Origin: Antedon mediterranea | Taxonomy: Eukaryota > Animalia > Echinodermata | Assembly: GCF_964355755.1 (NCBI RefSeq) | Contig: NC_092671.1 | Coordinates: 39,318,304 to 39,382,303 of the forward strand | Reading direction: 5' to 3' | Length of the DNA stretch: 64,000 bases | Shown here: in pieces, positions 13,201-25,600 of the stretch | How positions within the stretch are numbered: position 1 is the first letter of the stretch | Layout: every line of letters begins with the position of its first letter | The notes under the pieces: generated by a model | The model's database searches: none | What the model was told of the DNA's origin: nothing | The model's input: the letters and a program-made list of their open reading frames with translations, nothing else | Position numbers and translations under genes: made by a program

Positions 13201-16200
13201 TATGTTGTACACAATTGCCGTGAGGTTATTTTGAGTGAAATCATGTAACATTAAGAACATCATGCATTTCATACATTGCAGACACACTGCAGGCAGTTCA
13301 CACATTTCAAGACATTATGTCAATGTGTATGTTATTGATTTTTACATTCATTTCAATTTAACGAAAAGTTTGTAAAATGTAATTATTTTTAAACCATATA
13401 TATTTCCCTTAAGAATGTCAAAGATTATGACAGACATATTTTTATGCGCAATATATCCTTACTAATTTTTGTATTAACTTTTTTTTATAAAGATGCGTAA
13501 TAAAATGCCATTTTTTTTAGACGTCCATGAATATGTTTGTTTGTGTAGTTTGTCAATACATGTTCAAATGTTATATGATATCCTATCGATACTATGCAAT
13601 ATCATACAATATTTTTTATAGAGGTTATTTTTATTCACAGAGTGGGCCGATAGTTACTCGACGTTCTAAACCTTTTTATTTATTAGGAATTGATTATTTC
13701 GTCTTAGAAATATCAATCAATCAGATCTAGGCATATAGACGTTTATACATTCTGTAGATACTACTCGTTTTCTTCACTCTACTCTAGCTCACTCACTCTC
13801 ACTCTACTCTACCTCATTCACTCTCACTCGCTCAATCTTTTCATCTTAACGTGTCTTCCTCTTCTGTCCTTGAAATTAAAACTGCCCTTAAGATGTAACC
13901 TATAATTGTTTACACTAATATAGTAATTATTATAATAACAATAACAATAATCATAATAACACTAATTAAAAAAAAATAACTACTACAGTAGTAATGACTA
14001 TAATTGTTATGTGTTTAAATTTTAAATGTAAATATGTATAATTATGTTTGTATGATGTAGTGTTTAAGCGGATATTAGCCCTTGATGGCATTTGCAGCAA
14101 TAAATAAATTTAATTGAATTGAATAGATGTGAATAAATGGATCTTGTTAAAATTTGTGATTGACGCAATCAAATATATTTTCAAATTAGTAGGCCTATTA
14201 ATGTGTTTATGTGTAGAGATGTATAGCGATCCCGTTGTAAATGAATGAAAACAAATCGTTTAGACATTAAAAGGTTTTGAACGATTTTCAATACAACAGA
14301 CTGTTGTGTCGAGAACCGAGAGACATACTTACAAGAAAATCAAACAATATATTACTATATATCAAACAAGTAATTGAAACTAATAAACATAAAAAGAAGA
14401 AAAAAAAGACTGTTTACTTCTACCGACCATGACATAATATTAAATATCGCTTTTGTACTGAAATTAAGAAGGAAAAAAATGAAGAGGAAAAGGCCTTAGC
14501 AAGAATAGCACACATTTTTTTCTTCAATTTTACAATCAATCAATACTACTAATATACGCACATATAAAACGATGATATAGCGGCTTTTCTACGCGTTGTG
14601 CGTTCAGACGACAGAGCTGTTCTACGCGTGCGTCCAGACGATGATAATATAGCAGCATTTCTATGCGCTATTTATGAGAAGTTTGCAGCAACTAGACAAG
14701 TAAATCTAGATCAAATTGTCAACTGCTCCGATATTCAATTAAAAAATTTTCGTAATTATCATTGCTGTTCAGTAAACCTATAATTCATAAGTATCATACA
14801 TACGTATTGTCATAAAAAACGTATCGTCATACAGATCGTATCGTCATACAGAACGTAACGTCATTCAGAACGTATTGTCATACAGAACGTAACGTCATAC
14901 AGAACGTAACGTCATACAGAACGTATCGTCATACAGAACGTATCGTCATACAGAACGTATCGTCATACAGAACGTATCGTCATACAGAACGGATCGTCAT
15001 ACAGAACGTATCGTCATACAGAACGTATCGTCATACAGAACGTATCGTCATACATAACGTATATCGTCATACAAAACGTATCGTCGTACAGAACGATATC
15101 GTCATACAGAACGTATCGTCATACATAACGTATCGTCATACAAAACGTATCGTCTTACAGAACGATATCGTCATACAAAACGTATCGTCATACATAACAT
15201 ATCGCCATACATACTCACTGTGACCATCACTGACAAAACCATATAGAAATAACTAAATCGAAATCACAATCAAAATGATCATCTTTATAACCTTCCATAT
15301 TACAGTCCCATCCTAATTGGTTGAATTCTTACGACTCAAGCAATTTAATTTGAAAGAAACATAACATCGACAAACAGCTCAAGTACAAGACTATCTCGAG
15401 TCTGTGTTAACATTGATACTCATTTGTGTTATTCTAAACCAATATTAATTTAGTGATCTAGTTTTAAGTTCAGCAGGCTATACTACTAACAATAAATATT
15501 GGTATTTCTAGGTCATCAATGGAATACAATTAAACAAATTTATTTTCTTTAATTAGGATTTCAACTAATCATTGTTATTTTCCCTTTTACAGATCATCGT
15601 TGTTGTCAATAACATCACGTAATAATTCAGATCACCTCAGGCAATTTCTTTCTAAAGCGTGGTTCCCCCACTAGAGATACAACGCAATAACCAATGACAA
15701 ACGAAGTTATAGACAGTTAGCAATCACAAGCGAATAAGCAATCGCTTGTGATTGGTCAATTCACTTGCGTTGCGTTACGTCCTTGCGTTGCGTCGCTAAT
15801 TTTAAATAATAAACAATAAATATAAATTCTTTCTTTCTTCTTTTTTCAGCGTCCACGTAGCTATCCAACTTTCACGCCAGCACGTCCGTACGAGGGAAGG
15901 ATATCCCGGATGGTGGGACCTAACCAATTGTTAAGATGTGTTATAAAAGATGGCAGAATCAAGTATGTCCCGTTCACACCAAAGACACAAATCGAAATGG
16001 ATAAGGTACGCTGCGTCCTAGTGGGAACGAAGCTTAAGAAGATTATGATAAAATGACGAAGACGTGATTGTAAATTAAAAAGTGTTATTGATGTTGCATT
16101 AATTAGAGCTCGGTCTACACTATCAAACTTTATGTGACAAAAAAATGTAATGTGCCCATATATGGACATGATGATGTATCAATACTATATTAAGGCATAA

Positions 16201-17605
16201 CACTACCATATCTGGGCAAATCACACTTTTTTTGTCAAACTAGTTTGATAGTGTTGACAGAGCTTTGGATTTAAATATGTAGTTGATGGTACATGCTTGA
16301 AGAAGATGTGTTAACAGTGACGGTGATTTTAGAATGACAATGGTCGTGATGAAACCAGTTATGGTTTGGCAGCGATAATAATTCTACCTAGAGGCTTGTT
16401 ATTGATAAATTATTAATATTATTTTATTTATTTAGGCCAAGGAATATGCCAACCTACCATCCGAAACCCACGACAGTTTTCAGGACCCCGCAAAACTTGC
16501 ACAATGGAAGAAGTTACAACAATCATCTCAACATCCAGGAACGGAATTAAAGCAACATGAAGCAATGAATTCTCTCTCACTCTCTGATAAAGAATTCAAA
16601 CAGAAAGATCCTATGAAAGAACTAGTAGAAAAACATACAAGCGAGTTGAAGGAGTTGACCGGTAATACTAGATGGCGACAGGCTGAGTTACAAGAACATC
16701 ACGATGATCTGAGACTTCTTAAACGGAAGGTGGATTACACAACGCCACTCTTACGCCCTCCTGTTTACTACGACACTCTTCACAACATCTACAGTACGAA
16801 ACCTCCATATTACTACGATGGTGACAATCCGTATGAATACGATTATGTTGGGCCGTGGGACTACCATAAAACAAACGCAATTATTGACCAGTACGCCAAA
16901 GAGGGTAATTTAGAATTGCCTAAGACTGATGACGCAACCAGGGTTCACCCATTTGACTGGGACAAGTACCAATTTGCAGGGTCACCAGGAAATAAATCCT
17001 ACGTTATGCCAAAATATACCGGTAACCAACTATTAAACGGGATTTCTCGCCTTGAACAATCAGTGGCACAGAAACCGGTAGCGCAGTCGAACTACGTACA
17101 CAGTCATAATCCGGACAGAATTAAGTCTGCACTGACTGCTAGAAATGCAGAAATCAACCTCACTGATTTAAATGCTAGTTTACCGTCTGTCTATACTAGC
17201 AGACGATCACCACCGTCACCCGCCAAAAGTGTTCAAATAAATGGTACTGTCCGGGTGGCCACTGGTGGTGGTAACGAACCACTAGATGTAAAAGAGTATG
17301 GCCATAACACTCATAACGCAATATTAAGCGGCCCTTCAGACTATGATGCGTACCGCAGCACGCGGGTTGACGGGCGGCATATCAACCCAGAAGGCGCAAG
17401 AGACAGACGTTTTGATTGGACTGCAGACTCAATTTACCGCCGGGATCAAACTAAACTGTTGGAAATGCAAGATTCGTTTACCAAAAGCGGCACAAGAGAT
17501 CAGTTCCACAAAACCTTCGCAGAAACTGCACCTGATGTAAGAAGTAATATAAATACAGGAAAATCACATTCGTTTGAAGGTGAACATGCATATTACTGGC
17601 ATTAA
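1262..17605 (+). CDS. SPMIP4: Sperm/ciliary microtubule inner protein 4 (C7orf31) homolog, 8 coding exons, ~774 aa
   Basis: join(1262..1434,8323..8502,9786..9857,10481..10510,10839..11118,11440..11703,15850..16005,16436..17605); all GT-AG, phases consistent, 2325 nt. Motifs recalled from human C7orf31: RVPWGMHREYAG, LPDEHRPRSEPP, KGHRHFG, GLPIEQYYNLT, FPAEHPYSSH, KRALSWPG, LRNVERSQWVTTY, RPYEGRISR, QTKLLEMQDSFTK, C-terminal HSFEGEHAYYWH. Confidence 0.9.
2611..2771. mobile_element. Harbinger/Tourist-like MITE, family A
   Basis: Family TIR AGCTCTGTCTACACTATCAAACT, TTA target duplication, internal ATCACTACCATATTTGGGC repeats. About 20 full or partial copies in the window. Confidence 0.8.
4722..4925 (+). 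mobile_element. tRNA-derived SINE-like repeat, family S2
   Basis: tRNA-like head with B box GGTTCAATCC; body nearly colinear with 47246-47509. Confidence 0.65.
5130..5333. mobile_element. Harbinger-like MITE, family B
   Basis: TIR AGC(G/T)TGGTTCCCACT(A/G)G, TAA duplicated on both sides, ACGCA repeats. Related copies at 5528, ~11220, ~15656 and 44956. Confidence 0.75.
5528..5851. mobile_element. Harbinger-like MITE, family B, composite copy
   Basis: AGCTTGGTTCCCACTAG...CTAGTGGGAACCAAGCT with TTA TSD; contains an internal second left end and a 25-nt insertion at 5706-5730. Confidence 0.75.
6302..6373 (-). tRNA. tRNA-Gln (anticodon TTG)
   Basis: Reverse complement GGTTCTATGGTGTAATGGTTAGCACTCTGGACTTTGAATCCAGCGATCCGAGTTCAAGTCTCGGTAGAACCT; canonical 72-nt cloverleaf with a downstream T run. 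Confidence 0.97.
6533..6604 (-). tRNA. tRNA-Gln (anticodon CTG)
   Basis: 72-nt cloverleaf nearly identical to 6302-6373; anticodon arm CTGGA-CT-CTG-AA-TCCAG. Confidence 0.97.
6882..6938 (-). pseudogene. tRNA-Gln-derived copy lacking the anticodon arm
   Basis: 57 nt. Acceptor, D and T arms match the TTG copy, but 16 nt spanning the anticodon stem-loop are replaced by one base. Confidence 0.85.
7002..7590. mobile_element. Foldback-like element with ~158-bp terminal inverted repeats
   Basis: 7002-7159 is the reverse complement of 7433-7590 with about 3 mismatches; AT-rich non-coding centre. Confidence 0.8.
12356..12455. repeat. ~20-bp minisatellite (CTGTCCGGTCGTATACAGGC)
   Basis: About 4-5 imperfect tandem units. 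Confidence 0.7.
14790..15212. repeat. 17-bp minisatellite (ACAGAACGTATCGTCAT)n
   Basis: More than 20 tandem units in SPMIP4 intron 6, no spacers. Confidence 0.95.
16107..16264. mobile_element. MITE family A copy
   Basis: Both TIRs and the internal repeats are present. Confidence 0.8.
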
Positions 17606-17878
17606 GTATTTGTTACTATTTATAGGCATTTCATAATGAAGAGATAGGTTTATTTTAAGCGCGTTATTGATGTGTAATTTGTACACATTGACATTTATTT
17701 CACCACTTGATAGATTCATTTTAAAATTCTTTCGCAGAAAATTGAAATTCAGAAAACATTTAGGTTCGTACTTTATACAATCTGTAAATTCATTATATTG
17801 ATAGAAGAATAATATACATAATACGTTTATATGGTATAACAAGGTTGTTAGTATATGGCGATAAACAGGTTTAATATA

Positions 17879-19291
17879 CAGAGGTCCCAACTTCGGAAAG
17901 TCCATTCGCAGGAGATTTTGTCGTGAACCACATTCAATTCGTCGAAAGTCAACGCGCGGGGAATCGAAAATCAACAAGCGTCGTTTACGTCTGTTAATTA
18001 ACTAAATATGTTACATATAGGCCTAGTACAATATTTACACATAAGTTGGCTTAATTTTTACATAGGTTTATCCATCAGTATTTTTACATTCTTATTTTTT
18101 TATGGACACATCCTTAGTACAAAGAATTTAAAAAATATATACTGTATTTTAACTAAAATTCAGTATATAAAATAATTTAACTTAATTACATAATGTACAA
18201 TATTTACGCATGATAGTATATTGCCCAATAGAATTTACTCATTTTTTTAGGCACAGGCCTAGGCCTAGCCTATATGGCTTCTACTTCTACTAGGCCCTAG
18301 GTAGCTACCATTTTTAAACCCAAAAACAATCGAAATAACTATTTATTCCGTCTTATGCTACATTACGCGAGTTAACATATTATTTCAGATGAAAAACATT
18401 GAGTTTTATATTGTTTTATCCATACGTAATTACACATTAAAATGTAGGCCGTTTTATGAGCTATTTCGCCGATTTCTTATCGCTGGGAAATTCCCCACCA
18501 GCGACATCGATCGATCGAAGAGTAGGCCTAGGCTAGAGAGGCCAAGCGTGCATGCCGGAACAGGTGGATTATTGCTATATAAATAACAAGTTTTAACAAA
18601 AGAGCTTACGACAATCTTAGGTAAATTTTTATTAAACGTAGGCCTACTTGCTTGGCGAATCCATGCCTTTACAAAAACCAAATAAAACACCGCCTCAACA
18701 ACCTCGTGCAATGTGCGATCTGTTGTTCTTTGCATGCAGAGGATCAACATTGGTAGAGTCCATTAATTATGAAGGTGTTTAAAAATGTAATAACTATTAA
18801 AAACGTGTCTGAACCACTGTGTAATCAAAGCGTTTATTTAGTTAAAACTTGGATCCTCCCAAAATTGATAATCACGTATTCCGGTTACCCACGTGATTAA
18901 TTCACGGTTGGTTGCACGCTTTTTTTTTTTACATGTCGTCCCGGCCCGCGTGTAGTACCGTGCATGTTTATATTTATCGCGGCGTTATATTATTGTTACG
19001 GTTTAACAAAGGCAGTGCATACAAATAATAAATACAATAATAGACCACGGAGACTGCATGAATAGACATTGTTTCAACATCCTGCCTCACTTTTGTCTGG
19101 TTATTGACTATTGTTGAACCTGGGCTGAGCCTGGGTGTAACCGTAAATCAATTTGGTCAAAAATATGGGGAAATTTGAAAATGCGGTAAAAAAATCAAAA
19201 TGCGGTAGAAAACGTTGAGATAGCGGTAGCGCGGTAGATGGGTACTAAAAGCGGTAGACTACCGCGAGTAGCGGTAGACTTGGGACACCTG
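17879..19291. mobile_element. 1.4-kb non-autonomous DNA transposon, hAT-like CAG ends, 6-bp TSD
   Basis: Ends CAGAGGTCCCAACT / ACTTGGGACACCTG flanked by AATATA on both sides; subterminal GCGGTAG repeats. Removing it restores a motif repeated at ~19421. Confidence 0.7.
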
Positions 19292-19800
19292 AATATAACC
19301 AGGTTATTAGTATAAGTATAGGTTGTTAGTATTCCTATGCAAATGCAGTAGAGCCTACAATAAAGGGGCTGGGACGAAACTAAGAGGGGTGGGGGAAGGG
19401 GTTGTGTTCTACTGTTACGATAAACAGGTTTGATATAACCAGGTTATTAGTATAACTGGGTTTAATTTAATACAAACATGTTTTATAACCAGGTTATTAG
19501 TATAATCATATCATTAGTATTCCAACGAGAACATCCAATAAAGGGACACGGGCTGGGACCAACCAAGTGTTGGGTAGGGTTCTTATTATTTAATATATAA
19601 TATTTACTTTAGGATAAACAAGTTATTATACATAATATTTTAAATTAGAAGATGATACTGTTATCCAAAGACGTGGTTACTCTGTTATTATATTATAATA
19701 TATATGTGCTAGTTCTAGACAAGTAAGACTGAATCTATCTAGTAATGTATTTGAACAAGATAATAAATTGTAGTGCAATGTTTTATTCCAAAGATAATGA

Positions 19801-20240
19801 TGTAACCATGTACATTAATATACATGTAATGATTTAACCACATACATTAATGTACATATGTAACCATGTACATTAATGTACATGTAATGATTTAACCACA
19901 TACATTAATGTACATATGTAACCATGTCCATTAATGTACATGTAATGATTTAACCACATACATTAATGTACATATGTAACCATGTCCATTAATGTACATG
20001 TAATGATTTAACCACATACATTAATGTACATATGTAACCATGTCCATTAATGTACATGTAATGATTTAACCACATACATTAATGTACATATGTAACCATG
20101 TCCATTAATGTACATGTAATGATTTAACCACATACATTAATGTACATTTGTAACCATGTACATGTAATGATTTAACCACATACATTAATGTACATATGTA
20201 ACCATGTACATTAATGTACATGTAATTATGTAACATGTAC
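19801..20240. repeat. 58-bp tandem repeat, ~7.5 copies
   Basis: Unit TGTAACCATGTCCATTAATGTACATGTAATGATTTAACCACATACATTAATGTACATA. Confidence 0.95.
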
Positions 20241-21573
20241 ATTATGCAGACTTTGTAAACTATTGTATATAAAATTTAACAAGTGCAAAATCTGATTATT
20301 TTATTATGGAAATATGAAATAAGTAGTACATTAGTACTACAACCTGGTTTGTGTAGCATGATGCTGAACATGAATATGTTTCACAGGTAATGTAATTAGT
20401 TGTGATATACATTAATACATTGTGCAAAATGCAGTACTACGTCAGTATCAATATGTATGTCACATTGTTTGAAACCATATTTGGCAAATTAAATCATACT
20501 GTTTACTTTAAAATTTTAGAGCATTAGTATTTTATTTCAATATCTACATAGTTAATGTATGTTGGAACACTACAGCCAAACCTTATTCAGGGAGCGCCTC
20601 TATTCAGGGGAAATCCCTATGAAGTGGATACTTAGTTGGATCTTAATTGCTACCACTACGATTGAGGATAGTGGCTTTTGCATAAGCTATCACAATATTG
20701 AAAACAATCAACACCTTACACCACCTTCTTTTAAGATTCAAATATTTTATTTTCCATTACACAGTTTAAAAATTCACCATATATCATATTGCACATACAC
20801 CAAATAGTGACAAAAAACAGACTATGCTGTAACAATAATAATATCACACACTTGTTGAATAAGAATAAATAACTAAATAAACATATATAGAACAGAAATA
20901 CAGTAGATTAAGAAAAAACCAACCAAGTTTAAAATCTTAATAAAAATAATGCAATTAATACTCAAAATTACCAAAAAGGTAATTTTGTGATTGTATTTTC
21001 CATAAAAATATGCACAAAATTAAAACAAAAATTTCCATTAGTTTGTAATACATATTAATATTTTAGATGTCATCTCAGTATGTTTTACATTTACACAAGA
21101 ATAACATGGATGAAGATGAAACATCTAGACATTTAAAAACACATTTTATGAATGTTCTATACCTTGTTTTGATATCTATCAGTTTGTAATCAATAACACC
21201 TCTGTTTATCAAGTAAAAATTATTTAAAGTATAAAGTTATTTACCAAATTTAATTTTAAAATGTTCCCAATTATTTAGTCACTGGGACTACTGTATACTA
21301 TAATGATAGCAATGTGTAATTTATTAATAATTTTCAAAAATTGTATTATTTAATTATTATTCGTATTAATTTTTTAATTTATATCATTAGGAACAAAATC
21401 AGAAAGTATACAATCCAAATAAACATTAAAATATTTCAAAACATAAATATACTATTCTTATATATAATGGTTATTGAAGTATGGAAAGACTAAATGGCCG
21501 CTACCTCTTCTGAAACTTTTATAGAACTATGAATACCTCTTGTCATTTGATTGTATAATAAATGATTATATTG

Positions 21574-21780
21574 CAGGCCTTGTCTTTTGAAAATTATAGG
21601 TGTGCTACAAATTGGACTCCCCAATACATTCAGGAATGCTGTACAGTAGGTGTGCTGTTTGTATGTTGGTGTGTAGAAGTATACCAAATTAGGCGTGTTG
21701 TAAATCGTACTCCTTAAAGGGCAGTTTAGGAGTGTGTTAAGTGAGTGTTCGCACTCGCTCGCCTTAAAAGACAAGGCCTG
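21574..21780. mobile_element. 207-bp MITE with CAGGCCTTGTCTTTT TIR and 6-bp TSD
   Basis: 15-bp perfect TIR; ATATTG duplicated at 21568-21573 and 21781-21786. Confidence 0.75.
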
Positions 21781-22626
21781 ATATTGATGTTAACACAAGA
21801 TGGTGCCAACTTAATTGATAGGGATATTAGAATAACATGACAACAATCAATCAGACGTACGTATATGCTATGGACAAATATAAACCTCTGTCTACACTAT
21901 CAAATTAGCTTGACCAAAAAAAGTGTGATATGCCCAAATATGGTAGTGATATTACATTATCATTACCATATATGGGCACATTTTTTTGTCACATAAAGTT
22001 TGATAGTGTAGACAGAGCTTTAGAATTGTATAGTAAAGATTAAAGACATTACCTTACTGTTACAATGAATATTAAATATTATGAAGTAAATATTAACATT
22101 AAAACACACACTATCTAATGTATATATATTATTACTGTTCTCCATCTTGTTTTGTGTGAAAAATTGACAATAAAATATGTCATGCCTCTATACTTGCATG
22201 AATGCATTTCAAACATCACATTTTAAGCACTTTCTTGCACCATAGTATCTTACTTCATAAAAACATTTTCTCTAAATCTTCATCAATATTTTATACAACA
22301 ATCATACAAAAGAAAACAGTTATTTTGGTATGTTATAGTTCTGTAAATTACTATATTCTTTTCTTCTCAATTATATCTATAAATTCTGAAGACAATAATA
22401 TTACATGTAATGGTTATTGCTTGTTATGTATTCCTATGGTTGTATTTACCTAAATGACAGTGTAAGTTTACACATTGTGTAGCTTAGTTAATCCTATATT
22501 AGAATAGATAATCTTGCATGGCCCCTATTTAACCATTTCCATGTCGACTTATCTCTGTATCGCAGTGCATTATAATAAATAAAATATTATTATAATATTT
22601 ATCACATTCATTTGTTCTACAATCTT

Positions 22627-25600
22627 TTACAGTATTGGTTTGGTTTCCTTGACATGTGATCGATAGACTAACCCTGTTTCTTGACCTCTGCAACACAGCA
22701 ATAGCTCACTGTCAATCCTTTCCTTCAGTTGCAGCACCTCACCTTTAGAAAAGCTTAAGAAACCCTGTTGCATGGACACATTATGGCACCTTGTTTTAAC
22801 TGAAGTTCTATATGAAAAAAAAAAAACAATTTAGAAATATTTTTCTAGAAAACTAAACCAGTTTTAATACATATGTACTGTATTACTGAGTATAGTATAG
22901 TATAAATCTCTGTCTACACTATCAAACTTTATGTGACAATAAAATGTGATGTGTCCCTATATGGACATGATGATGTCATATCGCTACCATATTTGGGCAC
23001 ATAGTGTGGACAGAGCTTAAGGTGTCTGGTTATGAAGTATGTCTACAAGTGTGTGAATTTAACATAAATTAGAAGGTGGCATAGCAGTTTAAAATCATTC
23101 TTTTTATCTATTTTAATAATACCACATTAAAAATTCATTTATTTCACAAAACATATCAAACTAATTTCTATCTTACTGTTTAGAATCAGATATTGGTGTC
23201 CACTGTTGTTCTGGTTCAGTTGACAAGGACATTGTCTGTTCAAATGGCAGCATGGATTCTTTCCTTGCTTCACCTGGTGAGATCGCATCCCGCCTTGACT
23301 CTTGTTGTGGTCTGGTATTTCTCATATCTACCATTTGGAACTCTTTAGGAGTTTGTTTGGGAAGCAGCATATAATCAAATGCTTTAATGACACTATAAAG
23401 AAATAAGAAATAAGATTGTGTGGATGTAAAGAAAACGTTTATAGAAACCAAATCATGTCAAGTTAAAACTCCAGGTAAATACAGACAGCAAACAACGGGA
23501 CAAATGATAACGTTGACTAAAGCTCTGTCCACACTATCAAACAAAAAAAAGCGTGATGTGCCCAAATATGGTAGTGATATGCTTAAATATGATAGTGATA
23601 TGACATCATGTCCATATATGGGCACTCACATCACATTTGTTTGATAGTGTAGACAGAGCTTAAAACTTGATTTAAATGAGGTGAATCAAACATTTTTTTG
23701 GCTAAAACAATAGTAGTTAAACTACACTTGCATTATTACTACTCACTTTGTGCCAATATTATTCATCATAGAGGTTGAGGCATAAGCCTCATCAGCAGAG
23801 TATTCTGATTGGTTGTTTCTTTGTAATCCCTCTAAATTGTCTTTATCAGCACCAACGACAGGGTACCTTACATCTTGTTTATGCATATCTTCCCCATATA
23901 ACTTCTTGCTAACAGCCCCAGTCATCGAACCTATTGACCACCCTCTGTTACTTCCTGCCTGTGTACTTACTCCCTCTTGTATTTGGTTTCTTTCAGTTTT
24001 TGGTATACTATCATGCTTTACAGTATTCACTTGTGTCTGGAATGTTTTATCTTTTGCTGTTACTCCCTCTGTTTCAGTTTTCCTTGAAGCATGGGTTAAA
24101 CTTTGCGATACTTGATCACTTCTTTTTTTCAAACTTGCTTTATCTCTACCGACAATGGCAGTCTTTAAAAGTGCTTTTGATCTCCTCCAAGAGGCATCAG
24201 GTTTTTGCAGTTCTGTTGGGTCAACAGCACTTTTACTGGATTGTTCTTTAGATAACCTAAGTGACCCAAGAATACTGGAAGGTTTAACCCAACTCTGCCA
24301 CGAAGCAGGAGGCTCTTCGTTTGTTTTCGTTTGTGAGTTGCGTCTGCCTAACCAGGGAAGAGACATGAATGCTTGAGAGTCTGTTGATGTGAACGATTCC
24401 TGTCTAGTTCTGTAACTTTGCCTCTGTGTGTATTTCAATTCAAAGTCTAACGCTAGTTTAAAAGGAAGTAACGATAATGGTTGTACCGCTACCATCAAGT
24501 CATTGAAGAATTGGTTCATACTTGTTGAGCACTGACATAAAAACGCATTTTTCTCATAGTAAGTTCGCACAATATCTATATATAAATAAAAGAAAAAAAT
24601 ACTGATAATACATATGTATTTAGATTGGTAAAATAGCCTATTGTGCAATCAATGAAAAAAAAACCGAAACATTTTGAAGACAATTTGTCTAGAAAAAAAG
24701 CCTGGAAACAGAAATATTAATATCAGGAAGTTATCATAATGAAAATAATAATTATTACATTATATTTTGTTCCACAAAACAAAATACCATTATATTTATT
24801 TATTTATTCTTTATTTTGACTGGATTGCATTTTCAGTAACGCAGTACTGCTTTCCAAAATGGTCCAGTTATAAGTTTAAAAGTAAATAAAATTTATAACA
24901 TATATAAATACATATAAATAACAATTTATGACTTAATGAAGCATATTTCTCATTACTCAAGGTTACCTATTAATTAATATAAAAAATGTTCAGGAAATCA
25001 ATTAATTTACATTAAAGTGATTATAGTCATAATAATGAGATGTTATATATTGTGAATGCACTTAAAAAGAAAATAAATGACAATCTCTATTTTGTACCTA
25101 AAACCACAGTGAAAAATACTGTATAAGTTTTAGCTTAAAGGTGCATTGTCCCCCTGAAAAATAACTTTTATTTTTTTTGACCAAAAATTATATCTAAACA
25201 AAATGTTACTACCTGAAAAAATTGTAATTTAAAGCAAATTGGCTGCCAGCCAATAGATTTTTGGTTGATTTTAAACATTTATTTATTTTATAAGTGACAA
25301 CTTTTTTTCTCCTTTTTTTTCTACGGAAGTGATTAACTTTATTAAAACTACAAAATAACCTATTCAAAGTCTGATTTAATTAATCTTCATTCTTCATGTT
25401 TTTGGGCGACAATACATCTTTAAATTCTAATTTCTGGTTTATATGTATATCTATTCCCATCGTACCTGGATGCCGCCGTATATGGTTAAGCCAAACTTCT
25501 AAACACTTTGTGCTGCAAAATAAAAAAAAGAAACAACTTTTCAAATATTCCAATTCAAACAGAACATACAAAAATAAAGATAACAATTTTATTTGTTTTA

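Noticed and set aside
14790-15212. CRISPR-like array
   Set aside because: Head-to-tail units with no unique spacers, no cas genes, eukaryotic intron. The same applies to 19801-20240 and 63588-63792.
15861-16169. Recurrent [20 protein letters not shown] ORFs (also 26142, 45722)
   Set aside because: Chance reading frame inside MITE family A.
17564-17977. 137-aa minus-strand ORF overlapping the SPMIP4 end
   Set aside because: AT-rich UTR and transposon sequence, non-ATG start, no recognisable domain.
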